Counted from the first letter of the stretch, positions 33,201-38,004 are shown. The stretch is 64,000 bases of DNA from Candidatus Porifericomitales bacterium (GCA_965237735.1 CBDEFV010000003.1:157169-221168); one strand, 5' to 3'. The notes: a model not told the origin generated them from the letters alone. Made by a program: numbers and translations.

Positions 33201-35285
33201 AATGTGCAGAGGTACACCCTGACGCTGACCCGCGCTCCCTCCACCGATGCGACCCTGGGTGCGCTGGAACTGAGCGGCAGCGTCGCTCTGCGGCCCATCT
33301 TTGCTGCGGCGGTGCGGAGCTACACGGTCTCGGTGGCCAACGACATCGAAACCATTACCCTCACGGCGACGCCGACCCACGCCAACGCCTGGGCCGGGAT
33401 CACGCCGGCAGATGCCGACCTCAATGCAGCGGGTTATCAGCTGGCTCTCGATGTGGGTCCAAACCTCATCACCATGGAGGTGACGGCAGAGGACGGCATG
33501 AATGTGCAGAGGTACACCCTGACGCTGACCCGCGCTCCCTCCGCCGATGCGACCCTGGGTGCGCTGGAACTGAGCGGCGGCGTCGCTCTGCGGCCCATCT
33601 TTGCTGCGGCGGTGCGGAGCTACACGGCCTCGGTGGCCAACGACATCGAAACCATTACCCTCACGGCAGTGCCGACCCATGCCCGTGCTTCGGTTGCGAT
33701 CACGCCGGCAGATGCCGACCTCACGGCAGCGGGTTATCAGCTGGCTCTCGATGTGGGTCCGAACCTCATCACCATGGAGGTGACGGCAGAGGACGGCATG
33801 AATGTGCAGAGGTACACCCTGACGCTGACCCGCGCTCCCTCCGCCGATGCGACCCTGGGTGCGCTGGAACTGAGCGGCGGCGTCGCTCTGCGGCCCATCT
33901 TTGCTGCGGCGGTGCGGAGCTACACGGCCTCGGTGGCCAACGACATCGAAACCATTACCCTCACGGCAGTGCCGACCCATGCCCGTGCTTCGGTTGCGAT
34001 CACGCCGGCAGATGCCGACCTCACGGCAGAGGGTTATCAGCTGGCTCTCAATGTGGGTCCAAACCTCATCGCCATAGAGGTGACGGCAGAGGACGGCATG
34101 AATGTGCAGAGGTACACCCTGACGCTGACCCGTGCCCCTTCCACCGATGCGACCCTGGGTGCGCTGGAACTGAGCGGCGGCGTCGCTCTGCGGCCCATCT
34201 TTGCTGCGGCGGTGCGGAGCTACACGGCCTCGGTGGCCAACGACATCGAAACGATTACCCTCACGGCGACGCCGACCCACGCCAACGCCTGGGCCGGGAT
34301 CACGCCGGCAGATGCCGACCTCACGGCAGAGGGTTATCAGCTGGCTCTCAATGTGGGTCCAAACCTCATCACCATGGAGGTGACGGCAGAGGACGGCATG
34401 AATGTGCAGAGGTACACCCTGACTCTGACCCGCCGCGCTCCCTCCGCCGATGCGACCCTGGGTGCGCTGGAACTGAGCGGCGGCGTCGCTCTGCGGCCCA
34501 TCTTTGCTGCGGCGGTGCGGAGCTACACGGCCTCGGTGGCCAACGACATCGAAACCATTACCCTCACGGCGACGCCGACCCACGCCAACGCCTGGGCCGG
34601 GATCACGCCGGCAGATGCCGACCTCACGGCAGAGGGTTATCAGCTGGCTCTCAATGTGGGTCCAAACCTCATCGCCATGGAGGTGACGGCAGAGGACGGC
34701 ATGAATGTGCAGAGGTACACCCTGACTCTGACCCGCCGCGCTCCCTCCGCCGATGCGACCCTGGGTGCGCTGGAACTGAGCGGCGGCGTCGCTCTGCGGC
34801 CCATCTTTGCTGCGGCGGTGCGGAGCTACACGGCCTCGGTGGCCAACGACATCGAAACGATAGTCGTCACAGCGACGCCGACCCATGCCAACGCCTGGGC
34901 CGGGATCACGCCGGCAGATGCCGACCTCACGGCAGCGGGTTATCAGCTGGCTCTCAATGTGGGTCCAAACCTCATCACCATGGAGGTGACGGCAGAGGAC
35001 GGCATGAATGTGCAGAGGTACACCCTGACGCTGACCCGCGCTCCCTCCGCCGATGCGACCCTGGGTGTGCTGGAACTGAGCGGCGGCGTCGCTCTGCGGC
35101 CCATCTTTGCTGCGGCGGTGCGGAGCTACACGGCCTCGGTGGCCAACGACATCGAAACGATAGTCGTCACGGCGACACCCATGCCAACGCCTGGGCCGGG
35201 ATCACGCCGGCAGATGCCGACCTCACGGCAGCGGGTTATCAGCTGGCTCTCAATGTGGGTCCAAACCTCATCACCATGGAGGTGA
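6279..35285 (+). CDS. giant secreted repeat protein, gene 1 (9668 aa up to a frameshift). It has 16 dockerin-like/GLUG/Ig-like units followed by cadherin-like beta-sandwich repeats.
   Basis: Single ORF with RBS gaagg before ATG. The N-terminus MIVWHEYLAFWRVSLKGSAFALLCALPWVGQA is signal-peptide-like. Units repeat every ~1.5-1.7 kb, each starting DEDGDGLIEIHDLTMLHNMRYDLAG. GLUG-like GGLVG..SITASYATG repeats are present. From ~32340 there are 300-bp tandem repeats encoding L.LSGGVALRPIFAAAVRSYT.SVANDIETITLTATP...LNVGPNLITMEVTAEDGMNVQRYTLTLTR, a cadherin-like beta-sandwich signature. The frame ends at 35285 because of a 4-nt deletion at ~35176. Confidence 0.85.
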   Translation: MIVWHEYLAFWRVSLKGSAFALLCALPWVGQAEDADRDGDGLIEIDNLTMLHNMRHDRRGWSYKTSWEDGGNRDGCPLHSWLVNDDHEQGSKDTVRTQHNRCHGYELTRDLDFDADGDGSTWSRDSSGNYSLDEDDSVSPYFVVSNGAGGWIPIGGSEGFRADFEGNGYTISNLAIRRGGGNLVGFFTVTDRTNYDAVVESSNNNITNRPIYRDGIIRNIGLINNLADYTGTDNYVAVGGLVGRQNRSRIIASYATGHVNGGGSRGNIVGGLVGGLWSGEIHASHARGAVTGGNGISSRVGGLVGEVKREGGRSSHILASYAKGNVDSGGHYSWVGGLVGWNEAGWIRSSYATGRVTSGDGVYSHNQAGGLVGHQAGGKIFASYATGDVDGGAGDGDHAGRLVGRKAGGLIEQSYGFGGLMGGESAGVDGDPPVFHAADLTRGNVGSSWDSADRVTLGAWDFGTNEQVPLLNYADYDGGSGSNYCSQFPSGSCGTLLPGQAGVSAGDSFSVQFGTVATLNGSLASDRGVEFLSWHWRQLQGPPVDLRGADSHEPVFVVPGIPAPLLFMLTAIDSEGWVYSDHVTVLTVPEAVDEDGDGLIEIHDLTMLHNMRYDLAGLSYRTSPASAGDSSGCPFSRCIGYELVQPLNFDTDGDGTWSGDSSQGYSLDEDDSRAPYFVVDSAAGGWQPIGDGAHPFIAVFEGNGHSVGDLAIRRDQASVGLFGVIGEGAAIRNFGLVGNLADYTGSSSGRIYIGGLVGRQKGGAISAGYATGVADGGSGSADRVGGLVGWQEGGLILASYARGDVDGGGGWYDHVGGLVGQQENGSITASYATAAVAGGSGAYDRTGGLVGEQDGGSITASYATGAADGGPGKGDFVGGLVGWQDGGSIAAGYATGDVDGGDGSGDWVGGLVGRRTSGSIRQSYGFGGLMGGESVGVDGDPPVSRAVDLTATHAASSWNAAANNTLGAWDFGSDEQVPALKYADYDGEGAAFNCNQFLPGACGTLFPGQDEVSAGDSSEVRFGAATTLIGSLAFDRVAIGSWHWRQLQGPPVPLRDADSREATFWAPNIVATLVFMLTAIDSEGWVYSDRVTLTVDEIVDEDGDGLIEIYNLTMLHNMRYDLAGRSYKTSVASVGASLGCPDQGCIGYELVQPLDFDTDADGTWSGDSSEGYSLDVNDSRAPYFEVNGDGEGGWLPIGDGVAPFVAVFEGNGHRIGNLAIRRDQSHLGLFGALGEGAAIRNLGLVGNLADYTGASDEQTFIGGLAGRQQMGTISASYATGAADGGDGDGDVTGGLVGLQEGGSIVASYARGNVDGGGGYDWVGGLVGRQQMGTISASYATGDADGGDGDGDVTGGLVGLQEGGSIVASYARGNVDGGGGYDWVGGLVGRQEGGLIMASHAAAAVDGGMGWSDRVGGLVGLQRSGLIIASYATGDVDGGAGWSDQVGGLVGRQEGGSIVASYATGEVAGGDGDEDKAGGLVGYQENGSITASYATGAADGGSGNGDEVGRLIGLQGDGSIWQSYGFGGFMGGESAGADGAPPVSGAADLTATHAASSWNAAGSNTLGAWDFGTNEQFPVLNYADYDGEGAAFNCNQFLPGACGTLLPGQGDLSAGDASEVLFGAAATLTGSLRFGRVAISSWHWRQLQGPPVPLRGADSREATFWAPENSATLVFMLTAIDGKGQAYSDRVTLFVRPEFADEDGDGLIEIDDLTMLHDMRYDLAGRSYKSSAASVGNSTGCPVLGCFGYELVQPLDFDTDDDGTWSGGSGEGYSLDGDDSMAPYFEVNVDGEGGWRPIGDEANPFAAVFDGNGHRIGNLAIRRNQASIGLFGVIGEGAAIRNLGLVGNLADYTGSSDGEISIGGLVGRQSSGAISASSASGTADGGSGSRDRVGGLVGLQEGGSITASYARGNVDGGVGNGDSAGGLVGLQVDGSITASYAMGDAADGDGNGDNAGGLVGYQKGGSITASYATGDAAGGDGNGDNAGGLVGYQKGGSITASYARGSADGGSGGEDEVGRLIGLQGDGSIWQSYGFGGLMGGESAGADGAPPVSSAADLTATHAGSFWNTAGSNTLGAWDFGSDEQFPVLNYADYDGGGAAFNCNQFLPGACGTLLPGQAGVSADGSSAVPVGGAATLSGLLFSRVAISSWHWRQLQGATVTLRGADSREATFWAPENPATLVFMLTAIDGEGQVYSDRVTLFVRAEFADEDGDGLIEIHDLTMLHNMRYDLAGLSYKSSPASDGDSSGCPSLRCIGYELMQPLDFDTDGDGTWSGDSSGGYSLDGADSRAPYFVVNSAAGGWQPIGDRAHPFAAVFDGNGHSIGNLAIRRDQASVGLFGVIGEGAAIRNLGLVDNLADYTGSGDVETFIGGLVGWQNSGSITASYATGVAAGGSGTRDWVGGLVGFQEGGSITASYATGAADGGGSYFDHVGGLVGLQEGGSIRASYATGAADGGDGDSDSVGGLVGSQRGGSITASYATGAADGGDGVNDQVGGLVGSNQRDQRGGSITASYGFGVAAGRERGGSDGSRKPRGVSTAAQLTTANVGVSWNAVANNTWGAWDFGSDEQVPLLNYADYDGGGAAFSCNQFPPGACGTLLPGQAGVSADGSSAVPVGAAATLSGLLFGRVAISSWHWLQLQGPPVTLRDADSREATFLAPDLPATLVFVLTAIDGEGQVYSDRVTLFVRLGFADEDGDGLIEIHDLTMLHNMRYDLAGLSYKSSPASVGDSSGCPSPRCIGYELMQPLDFDTDGDGTWSGDSSGGYSLDGDDSRAPYFVVNSAAGGWQPIGDRAHPFAAVFDGNGHSIGNLAIRRDQASVGLFGVIGEGAAIRNLGLVGNLADYTGSSDNEISIGGLVGRQNNSSITASYATGVADGGPGNSDIVGGLVGYAAYSSITASYTKGDVDGGIGDYDRAGGLVGYAAYSSITASYARGSADGGVGNRDSVGGLVGRQVHGSITASYATGVVDGGVGNRDIVGGLVGVRAFNLIRQSYGFGGLMGGEIAGADGAPPVPRAADLTATHAGSFWNAAANNTLGAWDFGSDEQVPVLNYADYDGGGAAFNCKQFLPGACGTLLPGQGDLSVGGPLQFGATATLSGSLRFGRVSISSWHWRQLQGPTVALTEADTATPTFRVPAPGVPLVFELTASASDGREYRDRITLVVLSDSDGDGLIEIQDLTMLHNMRYDLAGTSYRTSAAAEGNPLGCPQAGCHGYELNRDLDFDTDDDGTWSGDSSEGYSLDVEDSRAPYFEVNGNGEGGWQPIGEGVAPFVAVFEGNGHSIGNLAIRRDQTRVGLFGVIGEGAAIRNLGLVDNLADYTGSSDDEISIGGLVGWQGSGLITASYATGVADGGDGNVDSVGGLVGRQESGLITASYATGVADGGDGNVDSVGGLVGNQRGGSITASYATGAADGGDGGFDKVGGLVGEQREGGSITASYATGAADGGDGDFDKVGGLVGEQREGGSITASYATGAAGGGGGGGDRVGGLVGRQGQGGGSITASYATGDADGGKGGDDAAGGLVGERGTGTITVSYGFGEAMGEGNQGSDGSPKPAVPGGSETITSAAQLTAEVAGSAWNAADSYTLGAWDFSDEGQIPVLNYADYDGGDAAFNCKQFLPGACGTLLPGQADVSVGAPPALQFGATATLTGSLAFGRVSISSWHWRQLQGPTVALTEADTATPTFRVPAPGVPLVFELTASASDGHEYRERITLVVLSDSDGDGLIEIQDLTMLHNMRYDLAGTSYRTSATAEGNPLGCPQAGCHGYELIRDLNFDSDGDGTWSGDSSEGYSLDVEDSRAPYFEVNGNGEGGWQPIGDSSHPFVAVFEGNGHSIGNLAIRRDQIHVGLFGRIGEGAAIRNLGLVDNLADYTGSSDDEIFIGGLVGWQEVGLITASYATGAADGGGGRDSVGGLVGLQRGGMITASYATGVADGGDGAFDWVGGLVGLQRGGMITASYARGAAGGGDGSGDRVGGLVGQQERGSITASYATGAADGGGGDRDNVGGLVGRQTGGLITASYATGSAGGGDGSGDRVGGLVGFKESGSITASYATGAADGGIGGGDYAGGLLGQRTGGSSMQSYGYGVATGEYAGSDGLAKLREVSTAAALTAANAGASWNNASNNTLGAWDFGTDEQVPALNYADYDGLGAVFNCDQFPTGVCAAAALLPGQAELSAGDSSRVLFGAAATLTGSLAFGRVAIRSWHWRQLQGPPVTLRNADSREATFWAPNIPAALVFVLTAIDGEGQVYSDRVILFTGAAEFADEDGNGLIEIHDLTMLHNMRYDLAGTSYRISAEAGGNTLGCPQAGCHGYELNRDLDFDIDDDGTWSGNSNGVYSLDEDDSRAPYFVVNSAAGGWQPIGDSANPFAAVFDGNGYSIGNLAIRRDQPYVGLFGVTGEGVAIRNLGLVDNLADYTGSSDGGVSIGGLVGFQNSGLITASYATGPVDGGVGDDNVGGLVGRQAGGLITASYATGPVDGGVGDDNVGGLVGRQAGGLITASYATGPVDGGGGVGDDNVGGLVGLAEFGSITASYATGPVDGGGGVGDDNVGGLVGWQEEGGSITASYATGEVDGGDGSDNVGGLVGFQYGSITASYARGDVDGGDGAGDWVGRLVGLRSDGSLITESYGFGVVAGERVGSDGSRKPRGARAAAQLTTANVGASWNAAANNTLGAWDFGTDEQVPALNYADYDGPGAVFNCGRFPTAVCDRATLLPGQADQADLSAGAASRVQFGAAATLTGSLAFGRVAISSWYWRQLQGPPVILRGADRREATFLAPESPAALEFVLTAVDDGGQQYSDRVTLLVVAEIVDEDGDGLIEIDDLTMLHNMRFNMKGTSYKTSAASAGNSSGCPAGHCVGYELVQHLNFDTDGGGTWSGTSSEGYILDVHDSRAPYFVVNSAAGGWQPIGDRANPFAAVFDGNGYSIGNLAIRRDQASIGFFGVIGEGAAIRNLGLVDNLADYTGSSDGEISIGGLVGRQSSGAISASYASGAAVGGSGSRDRVGGLVGWQAGGSITEQSYATGTADGGGGIYDEVGGLVGRQSGGLITASYARGTADGGDGYRDFVGGLVGRQWDGSIVASYATGAADGGGGTHDEVGGLVGRQEGGSITASYAKGDADGGDDAYDSVGGLVGVQEGGSITASYATGAADGGVGNGDSAGGLVGWQLDGSITASHATGDANGGGGSEDHASRLVGQQTGGSILQSYGFGGLIGWEFTVAERPPPVSDAAELTATHAGYSWNAAANNTLGAWDFGRAQFPLLSRAQVPVLNYADYDGEGAAFNCNQFLPGACGTLLPGQAGVSADGSSAVQVNAYVTLSGLLFGLGRGRVAISSWHWRQLQGPTVVLGNADRRQAVFRAPSISTILVFMVTAIDDEGQQYSDRVTLFVEETEIVDEDGDGLIEIHDLAMLHNMRYDLAGGSYKTSAAAVGNSSGCPALRCIGYELVQPLDFDTDDDGTWSGGSSEGYSLDGDDSMAPYFEVNGDGEGGWLPIGDGVAPFVAVFEGNGHRIGNLAIRRDQSHLGLFGALGEGAAIRNLGLVGNLADYTGASDEQTFIGGLAGGQQMGTISASYATGPVVGGDGRSSDSVGGLVGRQQMGTISASYATGPVVGGDGSDSVGGLVGRQEGGSITESYATGEVDGGDGSDSVGGLVGWQEEGGSITASYARGDVDGGIGDDDRVGGLVGLQYGSITASYARGDVDGGIGDNDRVGGLVGFQYGSITASYARGEVDGGIGDNDRVGGLVGFQYGSITASYARGEVDGGDGGGDTIGRLIGLQGGRSIWQSYGFGGLMGGESAGVDGVPPVSSAADLTATHAGSSWNAAANNTLGAWDFGSDEQVPVLNYADYDGEGAAFNCNQFLPGACGTLLPGQDEVSAGDSSTLLFGAAATLTGSLRFGRVAISSWHWRQLQGPTVALTDADTATPTFRVPASDVPLVFELTATAGDGREYRARITLVVLSDSDGDGLIEIHDLTMLHNMRYDLAGRSYKTSAASVGNSSGCPDRGCIGYELVQPLDFDTDADGTWSGDSSEGYSLDVNDSRAPYFVVDSAAGGWLPIGDGAHPFVAVFDGNGYSIGNLAIRRDQSHIGLFGALGGGAAIRNLGLVGNLSDYTGSSADGTFIGGLAGGQQRGTISASYATGPTAGGDGGSDRVGGLVGRQADGSITESYATGHADGGGGENDLVGGLVGLQEGGSITASYATGDADGGGEGNDFVGGLVGRQEGGSITASYATGDADGGGEGNDFVGGLVGRQEGGSITASYATGDADGGDGDGDVTGGLVGLQEGGSIVASYARGNVDGGGGYDWVGGLVGRQEGGLIMASHAAAAVDGGMGWSDRVGGLVGLQRSGLIIASYATGDVDGGAGWSDQVGGLVGRQEGGSIVASYATGEVAGGDGDEDKAGGLVGYQENGSITASYATGAADGGSGNGDEVGRLIGLQGGGSIWQSYGFGGFMGGESAGADGAPPVSGAADLTATHAASSWNAAGSNTLGAWDFGTNEQFPVLNYADYDGEGAAFNCNQFLPGACGTLLPGQGDLSAGDSSTLLFGAAATLTGSFRFGRVAVSSWHWRQLQGPPVTLRDADSREATFWVPNILATLVFMLTAVDGEGQVYSARVTLFVRPEFADEDGDGLIEIHNLTMLHNMRYDLAGRSYKSSAASVGDSSGCPALGCFGYELVQPLDFDTDDDGTWSGGSSEGYSLDGDDSMAPYFEVNGDGEGGWRPIGDEANPFAAVFEGNGHRIGNLAIRRDQASIGLFGVIGEGAAIGNLGLVDNLADYTGSSDGEISIGGLVGRQNSGLITASYATGAADGGSGSRDRVGGLVGWQAGGSITEQSYATGTADGGDGFYDEVGGLVGRKAGGLITASYARGDADGGDGYQDFVGGLVGRQWDGSIVASYATGAAAGGGGAHDEVGGLVGSQVEGSIVASYATGTADGGDGFYDEVGGLVGSQEGGSITASYARGDADGGVDNGDSAGGLVGLQLDGSITASYAMGDADGGGGREDHASRLVGQQTGGSIRQSYGFGGLIGGEFTMAERPPPVSGAAELTATHAASFWNTAASNTLGAWDFGSDEQVPVLSYADYDGEGAAFNCDQFPPGVCGTLLPGQVDVSADGSSRVKFGAAATLTGSLRFSRRVVISSWHWLQLQGPPVALRDADSREATFLAPSIPATLVFMLTVIDGEGQAYSDRVTLFVRLGFADEDGDGLIEIYSLTMLHNMRYDLAGLSYKTSTTSVGDSSGCPASGCFGYELVQPLDFDTDADGTWSGDSSGGYSLDGDDSSAPYFEVSGGEGGWQPIGDRADPFAAVFDGNGHSIGNLAIRRDQTDVGLFGRIGEGAAIRNLGLVDNLADYTGPSGGQNFIGGLVGRQSSGAISASYATGVADGGLGNYDSVGGLVGYLRGGSITASHARGDVDGGIGDYDQVGGLVGRQDGGSITASYARGSADGGGGNEDSAGGLVGWQQGGSITASYAWGDVNGGSGYDDRAGGLVGWQGRGSMIVASYATGAADGGDGERDFAGGLVGFGRGWIRRSYGFGGLMGGEFAAGADGDPPVPGAAELTATHAGSFWNTAAKNTLGAWDFGSDEQVPVLNYADYDGEGAAFNCNQFLPGACGTLLPGQGELSAVGDPDSPILLQFDTTATLTGSHALRVPIISWRWRQLQGPIVALADADTATPTFRVPAPGVPLVFELTAVDSNDHEYRDRITLVVVSDSDGDGLIEIYDLTMLHNMRYDLAGTSYRTSAAAEGNPFGCPQAGCHGYELNRDLDFDSDGDGTWSGDSKGGYSLDVNDSRAPYFVVNSAAGGWQPIGDSVNPFAAVFDGTGHSIGNLAIRRDQASVGLFGVIGEGATIRNLGLVDNLADYTGSSDDGISIGGLVGRQRSGAISAISATGTADGGDGGKDWVGGLVGLQEGGLIMASYARGTADGGVGNGDSVGGLVGVQVDGSITASYATGAVDGGIGDDDRAGGLVGRQQGGSITASYARGSADGGVGNGDSAGGLVGVQVDGSITASYATGAVDGGIGDNDRAGGLVGIQLDGGITASYARGDVDGGGGGGTRVGGLVGWQGGGSIGQSYGFGVLMGGGESAGTDGAPPVPSAAELTATHAGSSWNAAASNTLGAWDFGSDEQVPVLNYADYDGSGSVFHCAQFPPGVCAAAALLPGQDEVSAGDSSRVQFGAAATLTGSVAFGRVAISSWHWRQLQGPPVPLRGADSREATFLAPEILATLVFMLTAVDGEGQVYSDRVTLFTAAAEFADEDGNGLIEIHNLTMLHNMRYDLAGRSYKTSAALVGDSRGCPARGCFGYELVQPLDFDTDADGTWSGNSSEGYSLDGDDSMAPYFVVDSAAGGWQPIGDRAHPFAAVFDGNGHSIGNLAVRRSQTAYVGFFGAMGGSAVIRNLGLVDNLADYTGSSDGEISIGGLVGRQRGGAISASYATGTADGGSGGNDRAGGLVGWQDGGSIILSYATGNAAGGGGDDDGVGGLVGRQEGGGSIILSYATGTADGGSGIEDQVGGLVGLQLDGSITASYATGNVDGGGGNTDYVGGLVGRQSRGSITAGYATGNVDGGGGNTDYVGGLVGRQSRGSITASYATGDVDGGVGNTDYVGRLIGFQGDDSMIWQSYGFGGLMGGDFTGPDGTPPVPSAAELTATHAGSSWNAADSNTLGAWDFGSDEQIPVLNYADYDGSGSVFHCAHFPPGACGTFLPGQVPPAALKALQLSAGVVLHPAFTRATLTYTASVVNDIEFITIATMPAHLNALAEITPADADGTGDGHQVNLAVGENFIAIEVTAADGMNVQRYTLTLTRAPSTDATLGALELSGGVALRPIFAAAVRSYTVSVANDIETITLTATPTHANAWAGITPADADLNAAGYQLALDVGPNLITMEVTAEDGMNVQRYTLTLTRAPSTDATLGALELSGGVALRPIFAAAVRSYTVSVANDIETITLTATPTHANAWAGITPADADLNAAGYQLALDVGPNLITMEVTAEDGMNVQRYTLTLTRAPSTDATLGALELSGSVALRPIFAAAVRSYTVSVANDIETITLTATPTHANAWAGITPADADLNAAGYQLALDVGPNLITMEVTAEDGMNVQRYTLTLTRAPSADATLGALELSGGVALRPIFAAAVRSYTASVANDIETITLTAVPTHARASVAITPADADLTAAGYQLALDVGPNLITMEVTAEDGMNVQRYTLTLTRAPSADATLGALELSGGVALRPIFAAAVRSYTASVANDIETITLTAVPTHARASVAITPADADLTAEGYQLALNVGPNLIAIEVTAEDGMNVQRYTLTLTRAPSTDATLGALELSGGVALRPIFAAAVRSYTASVANDIETITLTATPTHANAWAGITPADADLTAEGYQLALNVGPNLITMEVTAEDGMNVQRYTLTLTRRAPSADATLGALELSGGVALRPIFAAAVRSYTASVANDIETITLTATPTHANAWAGITPADADLTAEGYQLALNVGPNLIAMEVTAEDGMNVQRYTLTLTRRAPSADATLGALELSGGVALRPIFAAAVRSYTASVANDIETIVVTATPTHANAWAGITPADADLTAAGYQLALNVGPNLITMEVTAEDGMNVQRYTLTLTRAPSADATLGVLELSGGVALRPIFAAAVRSYTASVANDIETIVVTATPMPTPGPGSRRQMPTSRQRVISWLSMWVQTSSPWR

Positions 35286-35940
35286 CGGCAGAGGACGGCA
35301 TGAATGTGCAGAGGTACACCCTGACGCTGACCCGCGCTCCCTCCACCGATGCGACCCTGGGTGCGCTGGAACTGAGCGGCGGCGTCGCTCTGCGGCCCAT
35401 CTTTGCTGCGGCGGTGCGGAGCTACACGGCCTCGGTGGCCAACGACATCGAAACGATAGTCGTCACAGCGACGCCGACCCATGCCAACGCCTGGGCCGGG
35501 ATCACGCCGGCAGATGCCGACCTCACGGCAGAGGGTTATCAGCTGGCTCTCAATGTGGGTCCAAACCTCATCGCCATAGAGGTGACGGCAGAGGACGGCA
35601 TGAATGTGCAGAGGTACACCCTGACGCTGACCCGCGCCGCCTCTCCCGACGACGCGACCCTGGGTGCGCTGGAGTTGAGCGGCGGCGTCGCTCTGCGGCC
35701 CATCTTTGCTGCGGCGGTGCGGAGCTACACGGCCTCGGTGGCCAACGACATCGAAACGATAGTCGTCACGGCGACGCCGACCCATGCCCGTGCTTCGGTT
35801 GCGATCACGTCGGAGGATACAGACGGCACGGCCACGGGCCCTCAGGTGGCTCTCAATGTGGGTTCAAACCTCATCACCATAGAGGTGACGGCGGCGGACG
35901 GAGACACGACGCAGCAATACACCCTGACGCTGATTCGCCG
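32340..35940 (+). repeat. array of about 12 near-identical 300-bp tandem repeats (cadherin-like beta-sandwich domains) in gene 1
   Basis: Tracker ORFs in an alternative frame recur at exactly 300-bp spacing (32701, 33001, 33301, 33601...). Two units contain an extra cgc-cgc (303 bp). Confidence 0.85.
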
Positions 35941-37726
35941 TGCCGCCGCTGATCGCGATGGCAATGGCCTGATTGAGATCGACGATCTGACCATGCTCCA
36001 CAACATGCGCTACAACCTGGCAGGCACCAGCTACAAAACCACCGACACCAACTCGGCCGGCAACAGTTCAGGCTGTCCCGTCACAGGCTGCCGCGGCTAT
36101 GAGTTGACCCGGGACCTGGACTTGGACGCCAACAGCGACGGCGGTTCCTGGTCGGGCAGTGCCGAGGAGGGCTACGTTCTGCATGCGGACGACAGCCAGA
36201 CCCCTTATTTTGTGGTGGATCAGGACGGTTCCGGCGGTTGGTTGCCCATTGGTGATTTGTTCAATCCCTTTGTCGCCGTCCTTGACGGCAACGGCCACAG
36301 TATCAGCCACCTCGCCATCCGCCGCGATCAAGATGAAATCGGGCTCTTTGGTGTGATTGGAGAGGGTGCGGCCATCCGCAACCTCGGTTTGATCGATAAT
36401 CTGGCAAATGACACCGGTTCCGACGGTGCTTCCATTGGCGGCTTGGTGGGCAGGCAGAATGGCGGTTCAATCATCGCCAGCTATGCCGAGGGCCCGGCCG
36501 ACGGCGGGGACGGGGAAGGTGATCAGGTCGGCGGGCTGGTGGGCGCTCAGTTCAGTGGTTCAATCCTCGTGAGCTATGCCGAGGGCCCGACCGACGGCGG
36601 GGACGGGGAAGGTGATCAGGTCGGCGGGTTGGTGGGCGCTCAGTTCAGTGGCTCAATCACCGCAAGCTATGCCAAGGGCGATGTCGCTGGCGGGGGCAAC
36701 CCTGGCGGGTCGGCGAGCGTTCAGCAGGGCAGGTCGATCAGCGGGGGCTATATCGCCGGCGCTGCTGCTGGCGGGGACAATCTCGGCGGGCTGGTGGGCT
36801 TTCAGGAGGGCGGTTCGATCAGGACGAGCTACGCCGAGGGCGAAGTCGCGGGTGGAGACGGCGACGATGTGGTCGGCGGGCTGGTAGGCGTCCAGTCCGG
36901 CACGATCAGGGCGAGCTACGCCGAGGGCGATGCCAGCGGCGGCGCCGGCGATGATGTGGTCGGTGCGCTGGTGGGCGAGATGACCGGCGGGCACGGCACG
37001 GGCTCGATCATCGCCAGCTACGCCACGGGCGATGCCGACGGCGGCGGGGGCGACAATGACGTTGTCGGCACCCTGGTGGGCAAACGGGTGGGCGCCGGGC
37101 GGATCACGGAATCGATCACCGCGAGCTACAGCTTTGGCCAGGGAATCAACGGCAACGGGGAGGGGTCCCCCGGGTCGGCGGGCACGCCCTGGCCTGAGGG
37201 GGTGGATCAGGCGACTGATCTGAGCGCAGAAAATGCTGGACCAAGCTGGCTGAACGGGGATTGGGATTTCGGTACCGGCGATCAACTCCCAGCGGTGCAA
37301 TACAACAACAGGCTCATACCGGGCCAAAGGAGCGAGGAAGGGGGCGGTGGCGGCGGTGACTCCGGCGGCGATGGCTCCGGCGGCGATGGCTCCGGCGGCG
37401 ATGGCTCTGTCAGCGATGTCTCTGGCGGCAATGGTTCCGGCGGCGGTTCTCTGAGCCCCTGGGCGCTGTTGGCCTGGGTGCTGCTGCTGACCGGCGCGGC
37501 ATGCGGGCGGCGGCTGACCCGGAGCGGCAGGGCGTCGGCAGCGACGGCAGCTGCTCCCCCTGCCGTCCGGCCTGCCGCTTCCAATTCCGCCCGGTCGGCG
37601 GGGCGGGCCGGCGGATTTTGTGGCGGCGGCGTCAAGGGCCAGGCCGCGGGTTCTCGGGATTTGACGGCGGCCCTCGGCCCCTCCCTCTTCGGCTGGGACA
37701 GAGCGCCGCGGCGCCCCTTCGGCTGA
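35255..37726 (+). CDS. C-terminal continuation of gene 1 in the -1 frame: remaining cadherin-like repeats, a 17th unit, a Gly/Ser linker and a C-terminal membrane-anchor/sorting-like tail
   Basis: Translation continues the same repeat (MGPNLITMEVTAEDGMNVQRYTLTLTR...). The C-terminus matches that of gene 2: ...GGDGSGG..GGGSLSPWALLAWVLLLTGAACGRRLTRSGR... Comparing 35171..35180 (ggcgacaccc) with the other repeats (ggcgacgccgaccc) shows the 4-nt loss. Confidence 0.75.
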   Translation: MGPNLITMEVTAEDGMNVQRYTLTLTRAPSTDATLGALELSGGVALRPIFAAAVRSYTASVANDIETIVVTATPTHANAWAGITPADADLTAEGYQLALNVGPNLIAIEVTAEDGMNVQRYTLTLTRAASPDDATLGALELSGGVALRPIFAAAVRSYTASVANDIETIVVTATPTHARASVAITSEDTDGTATGPQVALNVGSNLITIEVTAADGDTTQQYTLTLIRRAAADRDGNGLIEIDDLTMLHNMRYNLAGTSYKTTDTNSAGNSSGCPVTGCRGYELTRDLDLDANSDGGSWSGSAEEGYVLHADDSQTPYFVVDQDGSGGWLPIGDLFNPFVAVLDGNGHSISHLAIRRDQDEIGLFGVIGEGAAIRNLGLIDNLANDTGSDGASIGGLVGRQNGGSIIASYAEGPADGGDGEGDQVGGLVGAQFSGSILVSYAEGPTDGGDGEGDQVGGLVGAQFSGSITASYAKGDVAGGGNPGGSASVQQGRSISGGYIAGAAAGGDNLGGLVGFQEGGSIRTSYAEGEVAGGDGDDVVGGLVGVQSGTIRASYAEGDASGGAGDDVVGALVGEMTGGHGTGSIIASYATGDADGGGGDNDVVGTLVGKRVGAGRITESITASYSFGQGINGNGEGSPGSAGTPWPEGVDQATDLSAENAGPSWLNGDWDFGTGDQLPAVQYNNRLIPGQRSEEGGGGGGDSGGDGSGGDGSGGDGSVSDVSGGNGSGGGSLSPWALLAWVLLLTGAACGRRLTRSGRASAATAAAPPAVRPAASNSARSAGRAGGFCGGGVKGQAAGSRDLTAALGPSLFGWDRAPRRPFG

Positions 37727-38004
37727 GGCGGGGCGGGGCGGGCATCCGGGCGCGGACCAGCCGGCCTTCCTCGAGCCGCGGACGGGGCTTGCTCCGGTTC
37801 TTACATGTCCGTTTGGCGCGGACAGAAAAAGAGAGCCGATTGAGGCGCAGAAATTTCCCCGATCGGGGTTCGTGGTTTATAATGGTTCACCCATTCCTGA
37901 TTTCTGCGAGGTCGCTCTTTGCGCCTTGCGGGCGCTGGACTTTTGCCGCCGGCTCAGGTCCCCGGCCTCTATCTGGGGCCCTTTCCCCAGCCCTGTCCCA
38001 TGGG